A stretch of 63,826 nucleotides of DNA, counting the filler, from Globobulimina sp. (Eukaryota): NCBI GenBank assembly GCA_003354225.1. It is 44 parts of 44 records of this genome, joined end to end, with 100 filler letters (N's around TTAATTAATTAA, not from the genome) between each part and the next. Parts side by side here need not be neighbours in the genome. Positions count along the whole stretch, not along the records: positions 59,571 to 60,922 come from PIVH01018127.1; positions 61,023 to 62,374 come from PIVH01018128.1; positions 62,475 to 63,826 come from PIVH01018129.1; 41 more parts are not named here. One strand, given 5' to 3'. Position numbers and translations under genes: made by a program. A model generated the notes under the pieces. It ran no database searches. It saw nothing but the letters and a program-made list of their open reading frames with translations, and was not told the DNA's origin. Below, piece after piece: positions 59,571 through 63,826 of the stretch (within the stretch, counting starts at the first letter, position 1; the number at the start of each line of letters is the position of its first letter).

Positions 59571-60450
59571 CAAACAATTAGAAAAAATCATAAATGCACA
59601 ACCTGGCGAAGAGATAATTTGTGAAAAAACAGTTAAAACTAAAAAAATCATATTCGACATATTATTATATCCAAATGGTGACAAACCGGAAAATAAAGGC
59701 TTTGCTGTGATTAAATTATGCCCACATTACTTATCCAAACATATTGAATTCGTTGAATTTTATGTATTGATAAAATGTGAAGAAACAGACGCTGTCACAA
59801 AATCAACACGAAAAGGTCGAAATGGCGGAATTGTGTGTCCGTTGTCAGAAATAGCAAATTTGGAAACAGTTTGCTTCAGTTTGATGGTTGATATTAAACA
59901 TATTAAATATACAAAACATTTTAGTTTCAAAAGGCGTACAAAAATGCAAAGATATTACAGGTTTACATGGAATATTAATGGTTTATTGATGCGAAAATGT
60001 AGCAAAATGATTTGTAGACAGCGAATCTTTTCCGACAATTTTGAGAATGATAATTGGTGCTTAATGTTATTTCCAAATGGTTATAAACGTCAAGGAAAAG
60101 CAGACATATCTCTGTGTTGTTTATGTTTGCCATATAAAGCGACATCAATGGATGTAAAGGTTAGATACTTTGTTAACGGCAATAAAATAAAAGAAAACAC
60201 AGAGAATATTCGAACCGGAAAAGTAAAAATACACAAAAACATTGTTCCATTTACAGAGTTTCAGCAAAATGATTCATTATCGTTTACCGTCTTATTGAAG
60301 ATAATGAATATTTATGATGCCAACAATCAAATAATTGATGCAAATAAATGGGAAAAATATGGTATAAATGGAAAAAAACACAGGAGAACAAATGCATGTC
60401 CTCCCGTGTCCATTAAGAGACTTAAGAGTCATAAATCATTGTTACCTTAA
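59571..60450 (+). CDS. Divergent tandem MATH/TRAF-like protein
   Basis: YYPNGD, FTWNI, IFSDNFENDNWCLMLFPNG, LSFTVLLKI. Confidence 0.6.
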
Positions 60451-61930
60451 ATAGTAAATTATATTAATTTTTGATTGGTTTAATAATGCAAATTATGTAA
60501 TTCTTGCGAAGTGTTTGTTTGAAACGATTTATAAACCCCTCATATATATCGTTAATTATTACATTTTCAGGTTTTATAACAACAAGTTATTTTTTTTGTC
60601 ATCCATAAAAGGCAGTGATGAATATAAAAATGAAGGCGTAAATAAGGAAATGTTCATTGTCATCGCCAATGCATAGCTCCATTGTGTTCAAATTGATGTG
60701 CTTAGGCCGATCCATCACCGTTTCGGATTTGCAAGAAAAGGGTATTTCATTGGACCAATTGGTTGGAAATGAAGCATGGATTCATGGCTCAGATAACTTA
60801 TCCAATCCGGCATTGCAGCATTTAGTTTCTGTGTTGCTGTTAAACAAAGTGGAAAGCGGACACGATATATTATGGAAATCAAATTCATTGAAACGTATCC
60901 AATCAATCTTATCCTCACAGCANNNNNNNNNNNNNNNNNNNNNNNNNNNNNNNNNNNNNNNNNNNNTTAATTAATTAANNNNNNNNNNNNNNNNNNNNNN
61001 NNNNNNNNNNNNNNNNNNNNNNAAAGAGAAAAAAAAGAGAGGAAGTCCAAACATAAAAAAGATAAAAAAAAACTAGATAAAAAAAGGAAGTCAAAAAATG
61101 CAAAAGTATCAATGGATAAAAACACGAAATCGAAAATTGAAAAGTTGCAAATTGATTTAAATGCAGAATATTTTGAGATCCGCGCACATGAAATTGAGGA
61201 AAAAAAGGCGCAGAAACAAAATCGGAGAAAAAATAGCAAAAAACATAAACATAAAAAAAGGAAGAAATTATATGAAACTGATGTTTTTTATGCAAATAAA
61301 CAACGAAAATCGTTACCGTCATTGCCGTCAACCACTGATAATAATAATGTGATATTACCAATGTCTCCGCCAATATCATTACACGCGATTCCACCAAAAG
61401 CGCGATTATCAATTTCACCACAAACAAAATTATTTTTTGGTTCTAATAATTACAGTAATTACAATAAAACGAGATTTGTACCACCTTCAAATCAAAAACA
61501 CAATCACTTTATTCCAATCCCACCGCCACCAAAAAAATTAAGCAACAAAATTGATGTTATTTAAATTTTTTTATTCTTTGATTTATTAATTATTTTTACT
61601 AGCTGTTTTTTTCAACATTTTTTTTTTGAATTGTTATTATTTAATGTTTGTATATTATTAATATATCACTATTTTTCAATTTATTTTTTTTTTTAGCAAT
61701 TCTTTCTTATTTTTTGATATTTTTTCTGTCTTTATATCATTTATGAATTTAGAACAAAAAAAATATATTATTTTTTAATAATTTTGATTTTATGGTTAAT
61801 CATTTCTTTAACGGACTTTGACGAAGGCACATCTTTGGAGACTAGAAAATAAGAAGAAAAGGACAACGCATTCTTTGTACATACGTTTGCCGTTAAAAAC
61901 CAGCAAAACATTTTTATTAACAGTTGTGTC

Positions 61931-62374
61931 TTAAGAAGAGCTTGACGTAGATTTTGACCTACTTCGTGACCTACTCCTTGACAGAGACCTCGACATTGAT
62001 CGTGACCTTGATCTTGAATCATATCCCCTTCTCCTCCTCCGACTCCCTTTACCTCTCTTGTATGACTTTTGTTCCATTTTCCTCGTATTATCAATCAAAC
62101 ACAACTCCTTCAGATATTGCTCATAAGCCCTTTTTAATTTACTCTCATCATTTCCTTCACTTTGACTCTGATTATTTATCGGTACTTTATCCATAGGCAA
62201 TGGCACATATGTCCCGCCACCGCCGGTCCTCCTCAAATCCAATGCTAATTTAACTATTTTGCCAATCGATAAATGCAATGTATTCTTGACAATCTGTACA
62301 GAATGTGGCGCTATAAATGGCGATGGATGTGTCACTACTATGCTTTCAGGATGCGGATCCGTTGGCCATTGGTA
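61931..62374 (-). CDS. RS-domain (SR-related) protein C-terminus
   Basis: RSRSRSMSRSLSRSRSRSRS tail. Confidence 0.6.
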   Translation of the reverse strand, partial: YQWPTDPHPESIVVTHPSPFIAPHSVQIVKNTLHLSIGKIVKLALDLRRTGGGGTYVPLPMDKVPINNQSQSEGNDESKLKRAYEQYLKELCLIDNTRKMEQKSYKRGKGSRRRRRGYDSRSRSRSMSRSLSRSRSRSRSKSTSSSS

Positions 62375-62474
62375 NNNNNNNNNNNNNNNNNNNNNNNNNN
62401 NNNNNNNNNNNNNNNNNNTTAATTAATTAANNNNNNNNNNNNNNNNNNNNNNNNNNNNNNNNNNNNNNNNNNNN

Positions 62475-63593
62475 CAATGATATTTTTGTCAATATTTCAT
62501 CATCGGAGCGAGTCCAATCATGTTTTGTGTGGATTTTATTGATGGATTGCTGATAATATCCAATTATTGACAAAATGCTGCGGTTTTTAAAGATATTTGC
62601 TGCGATTAATTGGTTAATGAATTCTTTGTGTATTTCAAACCAATCATAACCGGCGTGTTTAGCTACAATGTTTGTTAAATATTTTATTTCTTTTTTGCTC
62701 CATGAGGTGTTGTCTGACAATACATAGTTATTCCAAATACGTTGATATTCTGAATCTGATCGATATTTTACAATCGCAATGTCGTCCGATAACTTATTGC
62801 AATGTTTGTGGATGAAATATTTACTGATTCTATGCCAATCCAATAAATTTGAGTCAATATCAATGGGAGCGGAGGTATCCAATCTTGACAATTCATTTCG
62901 AAGTTTATTTTGTTCAATGAAAGTATTTTCCGATTCTTTTTCTTTTCCGTTGCTGTTTTCCATTAATTTGCGCTTTGCTTTTTCAATGTATTCGCAGCGC
63001 GCACTGGAAATAATTATGTTTTTCTCCAATTTTGAGAGATTTTTACTTAAATGGAACACTGGAACGTATTTCATCAATTCTTTATTGTTATTGTTATTGT
63101 CTTTATTTTTGTTTGTGTTGGATGTGTTTTTTATTTTTGATTTTTTGAGCCAATATTTTGTGTCAATGTTGTTATTTGGTTCTTTGATTTCGTATTCATT
63201 TCCTTTTAGATTTTTTATTTTATTCACAATGTAAATATGAAATGGTGATAGAAAAAATTTCTCTCTTCGCATTATTGCGCATCGTCGTTTTGAACTGTAC
63301 GATTCCCAGATTTTTATTCGACAGTGCGATTTTAATAATCTTTGTTTTTCCAAATTACATAACAATTGAAGTCGTAATTCATGTAATTGTTTTTTCAATG
63401 ATGCTGTGTACTGTACATTACACGATAATGCCTCACGAAAGCGGTCCAAAGCATCATTCATTTCGTTCATTTTGATGTGTGGTGCAAGGAATTTTTGACA
63501 AAATGGTGACTGGTGGCTGTTGACATGTATTTGACAACTTAGCGTTTGTAAAATGTCAAACAAAAACTTTTCAACGAAAAACTTTTCTTCCAT
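62475..63593 (-). CDS. SNAPC4: SNAPc subunit 4 (SNAP190)-like Myb-repeat protein, N-terminal part
   Basis: N-terminal coiled coil (N..Y...L), LDWHRIS, RSDSEYQRIWNN, WSKKEIKYL, DWFEI, WTRSDDEIL. Confidence 0.78.
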
Positions 63594-63826
63594 TAAATTA
63601 AAAACAGATCAGACGGGTGACACAAAAACACACAATTTAATAAATACATAAGTTTATTATTTTTGTTTTGCTCCATTTCATTATCAATTTATCATTGAAC
63701 CTGTTTATAAGGACACAAAAAACACAGTCACTCAAATACCGTACAAAACAATGTAAGAAAAACAAATAAATTATTATTTTATCAGAGGTCTCTATTGTCT
63801 TTTTCACGAAAAAATCAATGCATTGT

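Overview
This window is not one locus. It is about 44 unrelated ~1.35-kb contigs joined by an artificial 100-nt linker (44 N + TTAATTAATTAA + 44 N, stops in all six frames), so adjacency across linkers carries no meaning and most genes are truncated. Most contigs come from an AT-rich, gene-dense eukaryote with short (~50-70 nt) GT-AG introns. Gene content and style suggest a foraminiferan/rhizarian protist, but that is inference. Recognisable fragments include nitronate monooxygenase, a caspase-fold protease, a Bub1/Mad3-like protein, GST, an H1-H2B-H3 histone cluster with 3' stem-loops, kynureninase, a pectinacetylesterase/Notum-family esterase, an L-type lectin, TMEM87, FANCI, GT47, a STE20 kinase, a cyclic-nucleotide K+ channel, GDT1, glutaredoxin and SNAPC4. 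Mobile or viral DNA includes two Penelope-like reverse transcriptases, a Helitron Rep, a non-LTR RNase H, two Polinton/adintovirus genes (the major capsid gene has a spliceosomal intron) and a phage-like class II ribonucleotide reductase. Two bacterial gene fragments are fused mid-contig to unrelated DNA and one contig ends in a perfect foldback, which points to whole-genome-amplification chimeras. No complete multi-gene novel system can be demonstrated from fragments this short. The best leads are the intron-containing capsid gene, the histone stem-loops, the perforin-2-like and caspase-like proteins, the possibly concatenated CNG/K channel, and a small hairpin repeat-spacer array. All family assignments are by motif recognition, not database search.
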